A stretch of 48,429 nucleotides of DNA from Flavobacteriales bacterium (GCA_041691695.1 JBEPUG010000004.1:1-48429); one strand, 5' to 3'. Shown: positions 10,025-19,055, counted from the stretch's first letter. The notes: generated by a model from the sequence alone, not told the origin. Made by a program: numbers and translations.

Positions 10025-12613
10025 TCAGAAAGGATATCCGATGCCGAGGTTGAAGGTGAGCTTTTGGCCGAAGGTGGTGATGCGGTCCGGCGACTTCCCT
10101 TGGAAGATCCAGCGTTCTCCAATAGGAAGTGAGGGGTCTTTCGTCTGTAGTCCGAGATCGAAGCGCACAATGAAGAAATCGAAATTCAAACGGGCGCCAA
10201 CGCCGGTGCCAACGGCCAGCTCGCCGGGGAACTTCCGCAGTTCGAATCCACTGCCGGGTTGGGCCGGGTTCTCATGGATGTCCCAGATGTTGCCGATGTC
10301 GCAGAAAAGTGCCCCTTCCAAGTAGTCGATCAACTTGAAGCGGTATTCCGCGTTGCCCGCGATTAGGATCTCGCCCACGCGATCGAAGGCTTCTAGAGGT
10401 GCACTATAAGAGCCCGGGCCGAGGGAACGCGCCCGCCAAGCCCGTTGGTTATTCGCGCCACCGCTGGAGAAACTGCTCTCGAAGGGTATCACGTTCAAGT
10501 TCCCATAGGGTATGCCGATACCCCCATCAAGCCGGCAGGCCACGCTGCTCTTTGTATGGATCGTGTGGTAGTAGCGCATGTCGTTCTCCACCTTTATGAA
10601 TTGGGCGAAACGCACGCCACCGAAGGTGTAGAAGCTGTTGCCCGCTGTGTCGGTCTGCTGTTCCGCCCCCCGCGCCTGATCCACCAGATTCAACAAATTA
10701 CCCGAGGTCTGCACGGTCGGCCGCCAGAAGAAGGTATTGCGCTTATTGGGTCCGAAGCCGGGTGTACGTAGGGTAACAGTGAACCTGCTGCCTGCGACCA
10801 CATGGTCCGTATAGCTGTCCCGGAGAATGGCGTCGTTGGAGCTTTTGATGAAGTTCAGGAAGTTAGTACTAAGCTCGGGTATCCTTATGAAATTGACCTC
10901 CACCGGATTCACTTCCCAGGTGAGGGAGCTTTTCTTCTTCCACTCATATCCAAAGCTGACCTTCGCCAAGGTGCGTGTGTAATCGGGCGTGCGTTGGTAG
11001 TTATAGAGCGCGCTCACAGAGGTCCTGCGGCCCCATGTCTTTTTCCATTTATCGTCCGCATGGAGGAATAGGAAGCTCGGGAATTGAAGCGTGACCTCCG
11101 GGCCCAATTCCACCGTATTGAAAAAAACGTTTCGCCCCACGTTCAATCCGGCATCGTTGACCGCCCCATGCCCGCCCAAGCTCTGCTGCGCCTCCAGACC
11201 CAACAGCATCTGTACCTGGAGGGATCCCATGCTTCGGAAGAGGTTCTTGTGCCTGTAACCTGCGGAAACAGAAGTGCCGGCGAAACCACCGCGGTTGGTC
11301 AGGAAGCCCTCGAAGGTGAGGTTCTGGGTCTTGCTGGGCATCACCGTGATGAGGCAATCCGCGGCATTCGGGGTGTGTACCGCGGAAGTGTCGTACTTGA
11401 TATCCACCCGGTCGAAGACGCGCAGGTTCGTCAATCTCCTATAGGTCCGGTCGTTGGCGGTCTGGGAAAAAGGCGTTTGAGGTTTGATGAGGAGATTGGA
11501 ACTCAAGGCCTTCGGGCGGTATTTAGGTCTATCGCCGGTATAGATGAAGTCAAATCCCTTGTAAGCCACCGTGTCCGATGGGGGAGGCACTCCTCCATAA
11601 AAAGGCCGCTGGCTCATGTCGAGGGAAATGTCCTCGACGGTGTACACGGTGCCTTCGGGTGTGCCTTTCAGTCCCCGTTTGCCAAGAGAGAGCGGGCGTT
11701 CCACCCGCAGCACCAGGTCCACTTGGTGGTCACCGGCGCTGGTATCGGCTACATATTGCAGCAGGTCACGATTGAAATAGAGGTAGCCATTCTCACGCAT
11801 CAGGTCCGTCAGCCGCGTTCGTTCCTTGTCCAGCACATCGCCGTCGAACCGCATGCCGGGCACGACCAGTGAGTTGGCTGAAGATGCTTCGAACAAGCTG
11901 TCAATAGAGGGATCATCCACGGTCCACTGCGTGGTGCAGATCGTATACGGCCTTCCCGAGTTGATATAGTAGTCCACGTCCGCTTCGGGCCGTTTGAAGG
12001 GTTTGCCGTGCTTTCCGGAAAGGAGGTTCGTACGATCGAAGCGCACCGTATCGGTCACTGTGGAGTTGAAGAAGCCTTCCTTGTCCATGTAAAGTTTCAA
12101 TTGGTCCAGGCTGCGCAGCGTCAGAGAACTGTCCAGTACCACCGGAGCTTCGCCGACATCCTCTCGCGCCCAAACGCGTATGGTCTTGCGGGGTTCCTTT
12201 ACCTTCGGCTTCTTGGGCTTCTTCCCTTTGGCCACACGCTTCACGTTCTTGGCGGCCGTCTTTTCGGCTCGCTTCGCATTCTTCACGGCACATATCGAGT
12301 CCACCTCCGCTTGCCGTGCGATGGTCTTTCCCGGATCGCTCAAATTGTAGAGGGTCAAATAGAACCGCAGGCCCAACACCTTGTTGTTGGGCTTTTGCTT
12401 CACGATGGCCAGCAGTTCCGGGTCGGAGATCTCCGGGGTATTCACGTGTACCCTGTTCTTCATCAGCAGGTACTGGCCTTGTGGCACCCGCTTGGTGGGA
12501 TTGCAGGCGGAAAGCACCGCCAAGGAGGCGATCAGTAACGGGATATGGACCTTGCTCGTGCGCACGAAAGGCGTTCGGTCGGCTACTTTGCGCGGCTTTC
12601 CGAGGAAGACCAT
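10025..12613 (-). CDS. BamA/TamA-family outer-membrane protein (surface antigen D15-like)
   Basis: Large protein with POTRA-like N-terminal half and C-terminal barrel ending ...LTFNLGIGYPF. Start trimmed to MVFLGKPRK... ahead of the signal/lipobox LLIASLAVLSAC. Confidence 0.8.
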   Translation of the reverse strand: MVFLGKPRKVADRTPFVRTSKVHIPLLIASLAVLSACNPTKRVPQGQYLLMKNRVHVNTPEISDPELLAIVKQKPNNKVLGLRFYLTLYNLSDPGKTIARQAEVDSICAVKNAKRAEKTAAKNVKRVAKGKKPKKPKVKEPRKTIRVWAREDVGEAPVVLDSSLTLRSLDQLKLYMDKEGFFNSTVTDTVRFDRTNLLSGKHGKPFKRPEADVDYYINSGRPYTICTTQWTVDDPSIDSLFEASSANSLVVPGMRFDGDVLDKERTRLTDLMRENGYLYFNRDLLQYVADTSAGDHQVDLVLRVERPLSLGKRGLKGTPEGTVYTVEDISLDMSQRPFYGGVPPPSDTVAYKGFDFIYTGDRPKYRPKALSSNLLIKPQTPFSQTANDRTYRRLTNLRVFDRVDIKYDTSAVHTPNAADCLITVMPSKTQNLTFEGFLTNRGGFAGTSVSAGYRHKNLFRSMGSLQVQMLLGLEAQQSLGGHGAVNDAGLNVGRNVFFNTVELGPEVTLQFPSFLFLHADDKWKKTWGRRTSVSALYNYQRTPDYTRTLAKVSFGYEWKKKSSLTWEVNPVEVNFIRIPELSTNFLNFIKSSNDAILRDSYTDHVVAGSRFTVTLRTPGFGPNKRNTFFWRPTVQTSGNLLNLVDQARGAEQQTDTAGNSFYTFGGVRFAQFIKVENDMRYYHTIHTKSSVACRLDGGIGIPYGNLNVIPFESSFSSGGANNQRAWRARSLGPGSYSAPLEAFDRVGEILIAGNAEYRFKLIDYLEGALFCDIGNIWDIHENPAQPGSGFELRKFPGELAVGTGVGARLNFDFFIVRFDLGLQTKDPSLPIGERWIFQGKSPDRITTFGQKLTFNLGIGYPF

Positions 12614-12624
12614 GCAACAGCGCG

Positions 12625-12632
12625 CGAAGATA
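12625..12632 (-). promoter_or_regulatory. candidate -7 box TATCTTCG upstream of the BamA-like gene
   Basis: Minus-strand TATCTTCG, 11 nt before ATG 12613. It sits in the 27-bp gap to the divergent methyltransferase gene. Confidence 0.3.
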
Positions 12633-12640
12633 TCCGGCAA

Positions 12641-13384
12641 ATGAGCGGACCTGCCCAAGTGAAGCGTGTGCGTGCATTGCACCAGCGGAAGGTGCGTGAG
12701 GCCGAAGGGCTGTTTCTGGTCCAAGGCAGGAAGCTGGTCGCGGAGTTGCTCACATGCGCGTATGAGGTAGTTGAAGTCCATTCCACCGAAGAAGTGGCAC
12801 AAGCGATGCAACTACCGCACGCCATCATTTCCCCGGCGCACGAGCTGGAACGCATGGGCACCTTCCAACAGGGTAACGAAGTAGTGGCCGTAGTGCGCAT
12901 GCCGAAGGCGCTGGTCGTTGAACTTCCACAAGTCGATGAGTTGGTGCTGGCGCTGGACGGTATCTCCGATCCGGGCAACCTCGGCACCTTGCTCCGCATC
13001 GCGGATTGGTTCGGCATTTCGCAACTGTGGTGTTCCGCTGAATGCGTAGAGGTGTACAATCCGAAGTGCGTGCAGGCCAGCATGGGTTCGTTGTTCCGCG
13101 TGAAGGTCGACTACTTGGAACTTGCCGCACAGTTGAGAAAAGCTGCAGAAGCGGGAGTGCAGATCTATCTGGCGGAAGCATCGGGCCAAGATGTGTTCCG
13201 GGCCACACTCGCTCGACCCGCTGTACTGGTGCTCGGCAGCGAATCGCACGGCCTTTCCAAAGATGTGAAAGCGACATGCGGAAACTCCATCGCGGTGCCG
13301 CGCTTAGGGAAGGCCGAGTCGTTGAACGTGGCCGCTGCCGCCGCCGCGCTCTGCATGGAATTCGCGCGGCAGGGGTTGAAGTAG
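12641..13384 (+). CDS. TrmH/SpoU-family RNA 2'-O-methyltransferase
   Basis: [30 protein letters not shown] and SLNVAAAAA motifs. Start trimmed to [17 protein letters not shown]. Confidence 0.85.
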   Translation: MSGPAQVKRVRALHQRKVREAEGLFLVQGRKLVAELLTCAYEVVEVHSTEEVAQAMQLPHAIISPAHELERMGTFQQGNEVVAVVRMPKALVVELPQVDELVLALDGISDPGNLGTLLRIADWFGISQLWCSAECVEVYNPKCVQASMGSLFRVKVDYLELAAQLRKAAEAGVQIYLAEASGQDVFRATLARPAVLVLGSESHGLSKDVKATCGNSIAVPRLGKAESLNVAAAAAALCMEFARQGLK

Positions 13385-13429
13385 GGCCATCTACCGCCCA
13401 TGCTTTCGTACCTCGTTTCATGTGCGCCG

Positions 13430-13437
13430 TACTTTCG
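13430..13437 (+). promoter_or_regulatory. candidate -7 box TACTTTCG immediately upstream of hisS
   Basis: Ends 5 nt before ATG 13443, which would imply a leaderless or near-leaderless mRNA. The same 8-mer occurs at 24810-24817 (minus). Confidence 0.3.
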
Positions 13438-13442
13438 CCGCC

Positions 13443-14822
13443 ATGGCACAAAAGCCCTCCACACCCAAAGGCACGCGCGACTTCTCCCCGCAAGAGATGC
13501 TGCGTCGCAAGTACATCTTTGGCACGATCGAACAGGTTTTTAGGAAGTACGGCTTCCTTCCGCTAGAAACCCCGGCGATGGAGAATCTCGATACGCTCAC
13601 CGGTAAATATGGAGAGGAGGGCGATCGGCTGATCTTCAAAGTGCTGAACAGCGGGGATGCTTGGCGATCCGTGTCCTCGCAGGTGAAGGAATCGTTGGTG
13701 AAAGGCGAGGAGATTCACTCCGGAAAACTGGCTGCGGAACTTTCCGAAAAGGCGCTGCGCTACGATCTCACGGTACCCTTTGCGCGCTATGTGGTGCAAC
13801 ACCAGAACGAGATCACCTTTCCCTTCAAGCGATACCAGATCCAACCGGTGTGGCGCGCGGATAAGCCCCAGAAAGGCCGCTATCGCGAGTTCTACCAATG
13901 TGATGCGGATGTGATCGGAAGCACGTCATTGTTGAACGAGGTCGAACTCGTGCAACTCTTCGACGATGTGTTCACCGCTTTCGATCTGCAGGTGACGGTG
14001 AAGATCAACGACCGAAAAGTGCTTAGCGGCATTGCGGCCATCAGTGGGCAGCCCGAAAAGGTGGTCGACATGGTAACGGCGATCGACAAGTTGGACAAGA
14101 TCGGTCGGGACAAAGTGGAGCAGGAGATGCGTGTCAAAGGAATCTCTGATGAGGCCATCGCGCGCATCGCCCCGTTGTTCGCGCTGACAGGTGATTGGAA
14201 GCAACAGCGCCCGCAATTGGAGCAGTGGTTGGCTGCTTCCCCGGTCGCTATGGAAGGCTTGAAGAACCTGTCATTCATCTTCGAGGCGGTTGGCGGAATG
14301 CGGAATGCCAAGTTGGAATTCGACCCGACACTCGCACGAGGCCTCGACTATTACACCGGCGCCATCTTCGAGGTGAAGGCATTGGAAGGAAGCATGCCCG
14401 GCAGCATTTGCGGAGGTGGCCGTTACGACGACCTCACCGGCATCTTCGGCCTAAAGAACATGAGCGGCGTGGGCATCAGCTTCGGCGCGGACCGTATCTA
14501 CGACGTGCTGCTGGAGACGAACAAATTCCCGGCGGAACTGGGTGAAAGCACCAAGCTGCTTTTCGCGAACTTCGGCGAGAAGGAGGCCATGCACTGCTTG
14601 AAACTCCTGCGCACGGTGCGCGAAGCGGGCATCGCGGCCGAGCTCTATCCCGATGCCGTGAAGATGGCCAAGCAATTCAAATACGCCGATGACAAAGGCA
14701 TTCCCTTCGTGGCCATTATCGGAGAGAACGAGATGAAGCAAGGCATCATCACCGTAAAGTACATGAAGACCGGAGAGCAGAAAGCGGTGAAGGCCGAAGA
14801 TCTCCTAAGCACCATCTCTTGA
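13443..14822 (+). CDS. hisS: histidine--tRNA ligase
   Basis: PKGTRDF, class II motifs ([44 protein letters not shown]) and a C-terminal anticodon-binding domain. Start trimmed to [14 protein letters not shown]. Confidence 0.95.
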   Translation: MAQKPSTPKGTRDFSPQEMLRRKYIFGTIEQVFRKYGFLPLETPAMENLDTLTGKYGEEGDRLIFKVLNSGDAWRSVSSQVKESLVKGEEIHSGKLAAELSEKALRYDLTVPFARYVVQHQNEITFPFKRYQIQPVWRADKPQKGRYREFYQCDADVIGSTSLLNEVELVQLFDDVFTAFDLQVTVKINDRKVLSGIAAISGQPEKVVDMVTAIDKLDKIGRDKVEQEMRVKGISDEAIARIAPLFALTGDWKQQRPQLEQWLAASPVAMEGLKNLSFIFEAVGGMRNAKLEFDPTLARGLDYYTGAIFEVKALEGSMPGSICGGGRYDDLTGIFGLKNMSGVGISFGADRIYDVLLETNKFPAELGESTKLLFANFGEKEAMHCLKLLRTVREAGIAAELYPDAVKMAKQFKYADDKGIPFVAIIGENEMKQGIITVKYMKTGEQKAVKAEDLLSTIS

Positions 14823-14832
14823 GCACTGTACC

Positions 14833-14851
14833 GTCGACCCATTGGGTCGAC
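14833..14851. repeat. REP-like perfect palindrome GTCGACCC-ATT-GGGTCGAC (copy 1)
   Basis: 8-bp stem with 3-nt loop. The 30-nt context TACCGTCGACCCATTGGGTCGACAAAACC is 28/30 identical to 41228-41257. Confidence 0.8.
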
Positions 14852-14863
14852 AAAACCAAACCC

Positions 14864-16360
14864 ATGAAGCCCCACCTAATTGGCACCATCGGCCTCGAAC
14901 TCGCCGAACTTCATCATATCCTTTCCACCCGCAGTTCCATCGCACTCAGCAAGGAGGCAACGGTAGCGGTGAAACGCTGCCACGCCTACCTGCGTGATCG
15001 CCTGAAGAAAAGTGACGCGCCGATCTATGGTGTGAATACGGGCTTTGGATCCTTGGCCGATACCAGCATTCCGAAGAACAAGCTAGCTCAGCTTCAGAAG
15101 AATCTTGTGATGAGCCACGCCTGCGGAACCGGTGACCCGGTATCTGCGGAGATCGTTCGCGCGATGCTCGTGCTGAAGGTGCAGAACATGGCTTTTGGGC
15201 ACAGTGCGGTGGCGCCTGCTACGGTGCAGCGCCTCATCGACATGTACAATGCAGATATGCTGCCGGTGGTGTATGAGCGCGGCTCGCTCGGCGCTTCCGG
15301 CGATCTGGCGCCACTCGCACACCTCGCACTTCCGCTGATCGGCTTGGGCGAAGTGATGTTGGATGGCAAGCGCATGAAGACCGCGAAGGCGCTGAAGCAA
15401 TTGGGTTGGGCGCCGCTGGAACTTGGACCCAAGGAAGGCCTCGCGCTCTTGAACGGCACGCAGTTCATGTGCGCCTTTGCTTCGTTGCTCACACTGAAGG
15501 CGAACCGGCTCGCGCACATCGCCGATGTCATCTCCGCCATGTCACTTGATGCGTACGATGGACGGATGGAACCCTTCAATGCTTCGGTGCACGCGGTGCG
15601 TCCGCATCCCGGACAGGCTGTGGTGGCGGGCCACATGCGCGAACTGCTCAAAGGAAGCGCGATCGCCAAACGCGTGAAGAAGCATGTGCAGGACCCTTAC
15701 TCCTTCCGCTGTATACCGCAAGTGCATGGTGCCTCGCGCGATGCGATCGCATACGTGGAGCGCGTGGTGGAGTGTGAGCTCGAATCGGTGACGGACAATC
15801 CTACGGTCTTCGACGATGAGGACCTGATCGTGAGCGCCGGGAACTTCCATGGTCAGCCGTTGGCGTTGGCGTTGGACTTCCTCGCGATCGCCCTCGCAGA
15901 ATTCGGAAGCATCAGTGAGCGCCGCACCTACAAGTTGCTCAACGGCCAGCGCGGTTTACCAGCGTTCCTCGTGGCACACCCCGGTTTGAACAGCGGTTTC
16001 ATGATCCCGCAGTATGCGGCGGCATCGCTCGTCAGTGCGAACAAGCATCGCTGCATGCCGAACAGTGTGGACACTATCGACAGCAGCAATGGACAAGAGG
16101 ACCACGTGAGCATGGGTGCAGCGGCCGCGCTCAAGACCTGGGCGGTCGCGGAGGATGTGGAACGGATCCTCTCGATCGAACTCTTCAACGCGGCGCAGGC
16201 CTTGGAATTCCGCAGGCCGAGCAAGTCATCCAAGGCGATCGAGGCGCTACACAGCGCATTCCGCAAGCAAGTGCCATTCGTTCAGGAGGACGTGGTTATG
16301 CACGACCTGATGGAGAAGGCGCTTCAGTTCGTTCGATCATCGGATCGTCTGATCGTCTGA
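14864..16360 (+). CDS. hutH: histidine ammonia-lyase
   Basis: MIO-forming Ala-Ser-Gly (GASGDLAPLAHL, nt 15293-15301) and a Ser-His pair (MSHACG, nt 15113-15118) that I recall as typical of HAL rather than PAL/TAL enzymes. Start trimmed to MKPHLIG. Confidence 0.88.
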   Translation: MKPHLIGTIGLELAELHHILSTRSSIALSKEATVAVKRCHAYLRDRLKKSDAPIYGVNTGFGSLADTSIPKNKLAQLQKNLVMSHACGTGDPVSAEIVRAMLVLKVQNMAFGHSAVAPATVQRLIDMYNADMLPVVYERGSLGASGDLAPLAHLALPLIGLGEVMLDGKRMKTAKALKQLGWAPLELGPKEGLALLNGTQFMCAFASLLTLKANRLAHIADVISAMSLDAYDGRMEPFNASVHAVRPHPGQAVVAGHMRELLKGSAIAKRVKKHVQDPYSFRCIPQVHGASRDAIAYVERVVECELESVTDNPTVFDDEDLIVSAGNFHGQPLALALDFLAIALAEFGSISERRTYKLLNGQRGLPAFLVAHPGLNSGFMIPQYAAASLVSANKHRCMPNSVDTIDSSNGQEDHVSMGAAAALKTWAVAEDVERILSIELFNAAQALEFRRPSKSSKAIEALHSAFRKQVPFVQEDVVMHDLMEKALQFVRSSDRLIV

Positions 16361-16380
16361 TCGTCCGACGTGTGGAATCG

Positions 16381-16418
16381 GTAAGCAGGGCGGCGCATTT
16401 GGCCGCCCTGCTTACTTT
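16381..16418 (+). terminator. terminator after hutH
   Basis: Perfect 14-bp stem GTAAGCAGGGCGGC-GCATTTG-GCCGCCCTGCTTAC followed by TTT. Confidence 0.7.
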
Positions 16419-16425
16419 ACGCGGT

Positions 16426-16865
16426 GTCATTCCGGCCTTGAGCCGGAATCGCGAGAATGCAAATGAAGGCTCATCAATACTGGGTGTATATGATGACGAA
16501 CAAAGGGAACACCGCATTGTACTCCGGTGTGACCAACGACATCCAGCAGCGGGTCTTCGATCATCGCACCGGCAGGAGTGAAGAGTCCTTTACGTGGCGC
16601 TACCAATGTTGGAAGCTGGCCCACATGGAGGAGTTCAATGACATCGATCTGGCCATTGCCCGTGAAACGCAGTTGACGAATTGGAAGCGGGCTTGGAAGG
16701 ACGAATTGATCGAGAAGAACAACCCGGACTGGAGTGATCTCAGCGCGCATTGGGACTATTCCGGTTGGTTTGATCTAGCTGACCCGCCCAAAGGATACTA
16801 TCAGCAGGCGATGAAAGAGAATTCGGGTGGACCTTTGCGTGATTCCGGGTCAGGCCCGGAATGAC
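16426..16865 (+). mobile_element. GIY-YIG gene cassette bounded by 27-nt inverted repeats
   Basis: Left arm 16426-16452 is GTCATTCCGGCCTTGAGCCGGAATCGC. The reverse complement of the right arm 16839-16865 is GTCATTCCGGGCCTGACCCGGAATCAC, giving 23/27 identity. Each arm is itself a hairpin. Confidence 0.5.
16457..16864 (+). CDS. GIY-YIG nuclease family protein
   Basis: YWVYMMTN...ALYSGVTNDIQQRVFDHR...E.QL..W.R.WK matches the GIY-YIG core. The last 8 codons and the stop are encoded by the right inverted repeat. Confidence 0.85.
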   Translation: MQMKAHQYWVYMMTNKGNTALYSGVTNDIQQRVFDHRTGRSEESFTWRYQCWKLAHMEEFNDIDLAIARETQLTNWKRAWKDELIEKNNPDWSDLSAHWDYSGWFDLADPPKGYYQQAMKENSGGPLRDSGSGPE

Positions 16866-16875
16866 AACCATCAGG

Positions 16876-16918
16876 GAGGGCTTGGAGCGCCAACTCGAAG
16901 CTGGCGCTCCAAGCCCTC
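16876..16918. other. perfect 17-bp-stem hairpin
   Basis: GAGGGCTTGGAGCGCCA-ACTCGAAGC-TGGCGCTCCAAGCCCTC. It starts 11 nt after the GIY-YIG cassette and ends 14 nt before the hydrolase ATG, with no T-tract. Confidence 0.75.
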
Positions 16919-16932
16919 TAAGCAGATCACCG

Positions 16933-17568
16933 ATGACCGTCTACTTCCTTCCCGGCGTGGGCTGCGACAAGCGGCTCTTCTCCCGGATCGAATTGCCAGG
17001 CCATGAGGTGAAGTTCCTGGAATGGCCGCCCTTTCCGAAGGGATGCACCTTGGAAGAGTTAGCGAAGGCCATGCGTGCCGACGTGGATGCTACCCAACGG
17101 CATGCGATCGCAGGTGTGAGCATGGGCGGCATGGTGGCGCAGGAACTCGCGTTGATGACGAAGCCGGAAAAGGTCATCCTCATCTCCACATGGACCCGGC
17201 CGAAGGAATGGCCATGGCATGTGCATCTTGCTGATCTCTTGGGACTCTCATGGATGATCGGATCCTTCACCATGCGCGCCACATGGCCGCTGAAACACAT
17301 GCTCGGTCGGCGGCCGCGCGACATTGATCGGTTGCTGTGGGACATGGCGACGGAGCAGACCGCTGCAAAGATCCGCCGCGGTCTCGAGGCCGTGATGCAA
17401 TGGAAAGGTTCGCGATGGGAAGGCCCGACAGTGCGCATCCACGGTGATGCCGATCACGTGATCCCCATTCGATTCCCAGTGGACCATGTGATACATGGCG
17501 GCGAACACATCATGGTATTGACACGTCCTAAAGAGGTCTCCAGTGCTATTCTGGGATCGATCCAATAG
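16933..17568 (+). CDS. alpha/beta hydrolase fold protein
   Basis: GVSMGG nucleophile-elbow motif, with late D and H (GDADHVIP...HGGEH). Start trimmed to MTVYFLPGVGCD. Confidence 0.7.
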   Translation: MTVYFLPGVGCDKRLFSRIELPGHEVKFLEWPPFPKGCTLEELAKAMRADVDATQRHAIAGVSMGGMVAQELALMTKPEKVILISTWTRPKEWPWHVHLADLLGLSWMIGSFTMRATWPLKHMLGRRPRDIDRLLWDMATEQTAAKIRRGLEAVMQWKGSRWEGPTVRIHGDADHVIPIRFPVDHVIHGGEHIMVLTRPKEVSSAILGSIQ

Positions 17569-17579
17569 AAAAGCAGTGC

Positions 17580-18320
17580 ATGACTCCCGTCGATGAGCTT
17601 TTCACGTTCAGTGCCTTGGTCAGCTTGGTGACATTGGCAATGCTGGAGATCGCATTGGGCATCGACAATGTGATCTTCGTGAGCCTGATCCTTGGGCGTA
17701 TGCCGAAGGAGGATCGCAAGCAAGGGCGTCGGTTATGGGTGATCTTCGGAATACTGATGCGGAGCGGCCTTTTGATCGGGCTTACCACGTTGATGAAGCA
17801 CGGAGAGACCACGCTTTTCAATATCGCTGGGGATGGATTCTCTCTTCGCCATGTGATCTTGTTCTGCGGCGGGATCTTCTTGCTTTACAAGGCCGTAATG
17901 GAGATCCATGACCGCATCCAAGGAGATCCGGAGATCTCGACCAATGTGAAGACCAGGAGTTTCAGCGCGCTGATGGTTCAGGTCGTATTGATGGATGCCA
18001 TCTTCTCTTTCGATAGCATCCTGACGGCCATCGGTCTGGGCAAACATGTGGAGGTGATGATCCTAGCTGTGGTGGTCGCCATGATCATCATGTTCTATTT
18101 CGCCAAGGGGATCAGTGCCTTCATCGACAAGAACCCGACATTCAAAATACTCGCCCTCTCCTTCTTGGTGCTGGTGGGCTTCATGCTTTTCTTCGAAGGG
18201 CTGGAGCCGTTCCACCATAGCAAGATCCCGAAGGGCTATGCTTACGTGGCCATGGGGTTCAGCTTCGGCGTGGAACTGCTGAACATGAAGATGAGGAAGA
18301 AGAGGACGGATCAGTTGTGA
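17580..18320 (+). CDS. TerC-family integral membrane protein
   Basis: Multi-pass membrane protein with LEIALGIDNVIFVSLI and a second DAIFSFDSILTAIG repeat, typical of the TerC/YkoY family. Confidence 0.85.
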   Translation: MTPVDELFTFSALVSLVTLAMLEIALGIDNVIFVSLILGRMPKEDRKQGRRLWVIFGILMRSGLLIGLTTLMKHGETTLFNIAGDGFSLRHVILFCGGIFLLYKAVMEIHDRIQGDPEISTNVKTRSFSALMVQVVLMDAIFSFDSILTAIGLGKHVEVMILAVVVAMIIMFYFAKGISAFIDKNPTFKILALSFLVLVGFMLFFEGLEPFHHSKIPKGYAYVAMGFSFGVELLNMKMRKKRTDQL

Positions 18321-18371
18321 TCAATGCAGTTGGCAGAGTGCTGAACGGACAACCGCACAAATGGATGTTTG

Positions 18372-19031
18372 TCAATTGGACCCTCCCCCGAACACGTATT
18401 GAACCATGTTCGCGCCCATCTGCAATGCGGCGATGTGCTTCTCGGGAGGGTCGTTGTGCACGTCATGGTCCTCCCAACCATCACCGAGGTCGCATTGGTA
18501 ATCGTAGAAGCAGACGAGGCGTCCTTTCCAGATGAGGCCGAAGCCCTGCGCGGCCAGACCGTCGTGGAAGTGGATCTTCGGCAGGCCATGTGGGAAGTCG
18601 AATTTCTGGTGATAAATAGGATCTGCGAAGGGCAGCTCCACGAAGTCCAGTTCGGGGAACACCATTTTCATTGCGGGCCGCAGGAACTTGTCGATGCCGT
18701 AGTTGTCGCTTACATGCAGGAAGCCACCACCGATCAGGTAGTTCCGCAGGTTCTCCGCCTCCTGCGGACTGAAAGTGATGTTGCCGTGTCCGGTAACGTC
18801 AAGCCATGGATAGGTGTAGATGTCGGGGCTGCCTACATCCACGTTCGGCACCTCGGTGTTGATGTCCATGCCCAGGTGCTCGTTGCAGAACTGAACGAGG
18901 TTGGGCACGGCGGTGGGGTTGGCGTACCAGTCACCACCTCCGTTGTATTTCATCACTGCGATCTGGTAGGTTCCTTGCGCGAAGACGGAAATACCTAGTA
19001 GAATGGAGAAGGAGAGCAGGAACGGACGCAT
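18372..19031 (-). CDS. DUF4159-like secreted protein
   Basis: Signal peptide MRPFLLSFSILLGISVFAQ, then YNGGGDWYANP, YPWLDVTGHG, LRNYLIGGGFL and GANMVQYVF blocks. Start trimmed to ATG 19031. Confidence 0.7.
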   Translation of the reverse strand: MRPFLLSFSILLGISVFAQGTYQIAVMKYNGGGDWYANPTAVPNLVQFCNEHLGMDINTEVPNVDVGSPDIYTYPWLDVTGHGNITFSPQEAENLRNYLIGGGFLHVSDNYGIDKFLRPAMKMVFPELDFVELPFADPIYHQKFDFPHGLPKIHFHDGLAAQGFGLIWKGRLVCFYDYQCDLGDGWEDHDVHNDPPEKHIAALQMGANMVQYVFGGGSN

Positions 19032-19055
19032 AGTGCAAAGATCGGAGTTAAGTCG

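Noticed and set aside
10238-10255. tRNA T-loop-like GCAGTTCGAATCCACTGC
   Set aside because: It lies inside the BamA-like CDS. The flanks do not form a T-stem, acceptor stem or anticodon arm.
12614-12811. N-terminal extensions of listed ORFs (for example 10025-12811, 24088-24996, 24831-26393, 43455-45284, 18372-19145)
   Set aside because: The extensions precede clear signal peptides or conserved N-termini, run through repeat or promoter DNA, and overlap divergent neighbours. I used internal ATGs instead.
14864-16360. hutH as a tyrosine/phenylalanine ammonia-lyase for pigment (flexirubin-type) synthesis
   Set aside because: It carries the Ser-His pair I recall as HAL-type, and no CoA-ligase or polyketide genes are adjacent.
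17454-17579. Possible yybP-ykoY (Mn2+) riboswitch upstream of the TerC-family gene
   Set aside because: Only 11 nt separate it from the upstream hydrolase stop. I could not find the conserved GGGGAGUAG-type core in the preceding 130 nt.
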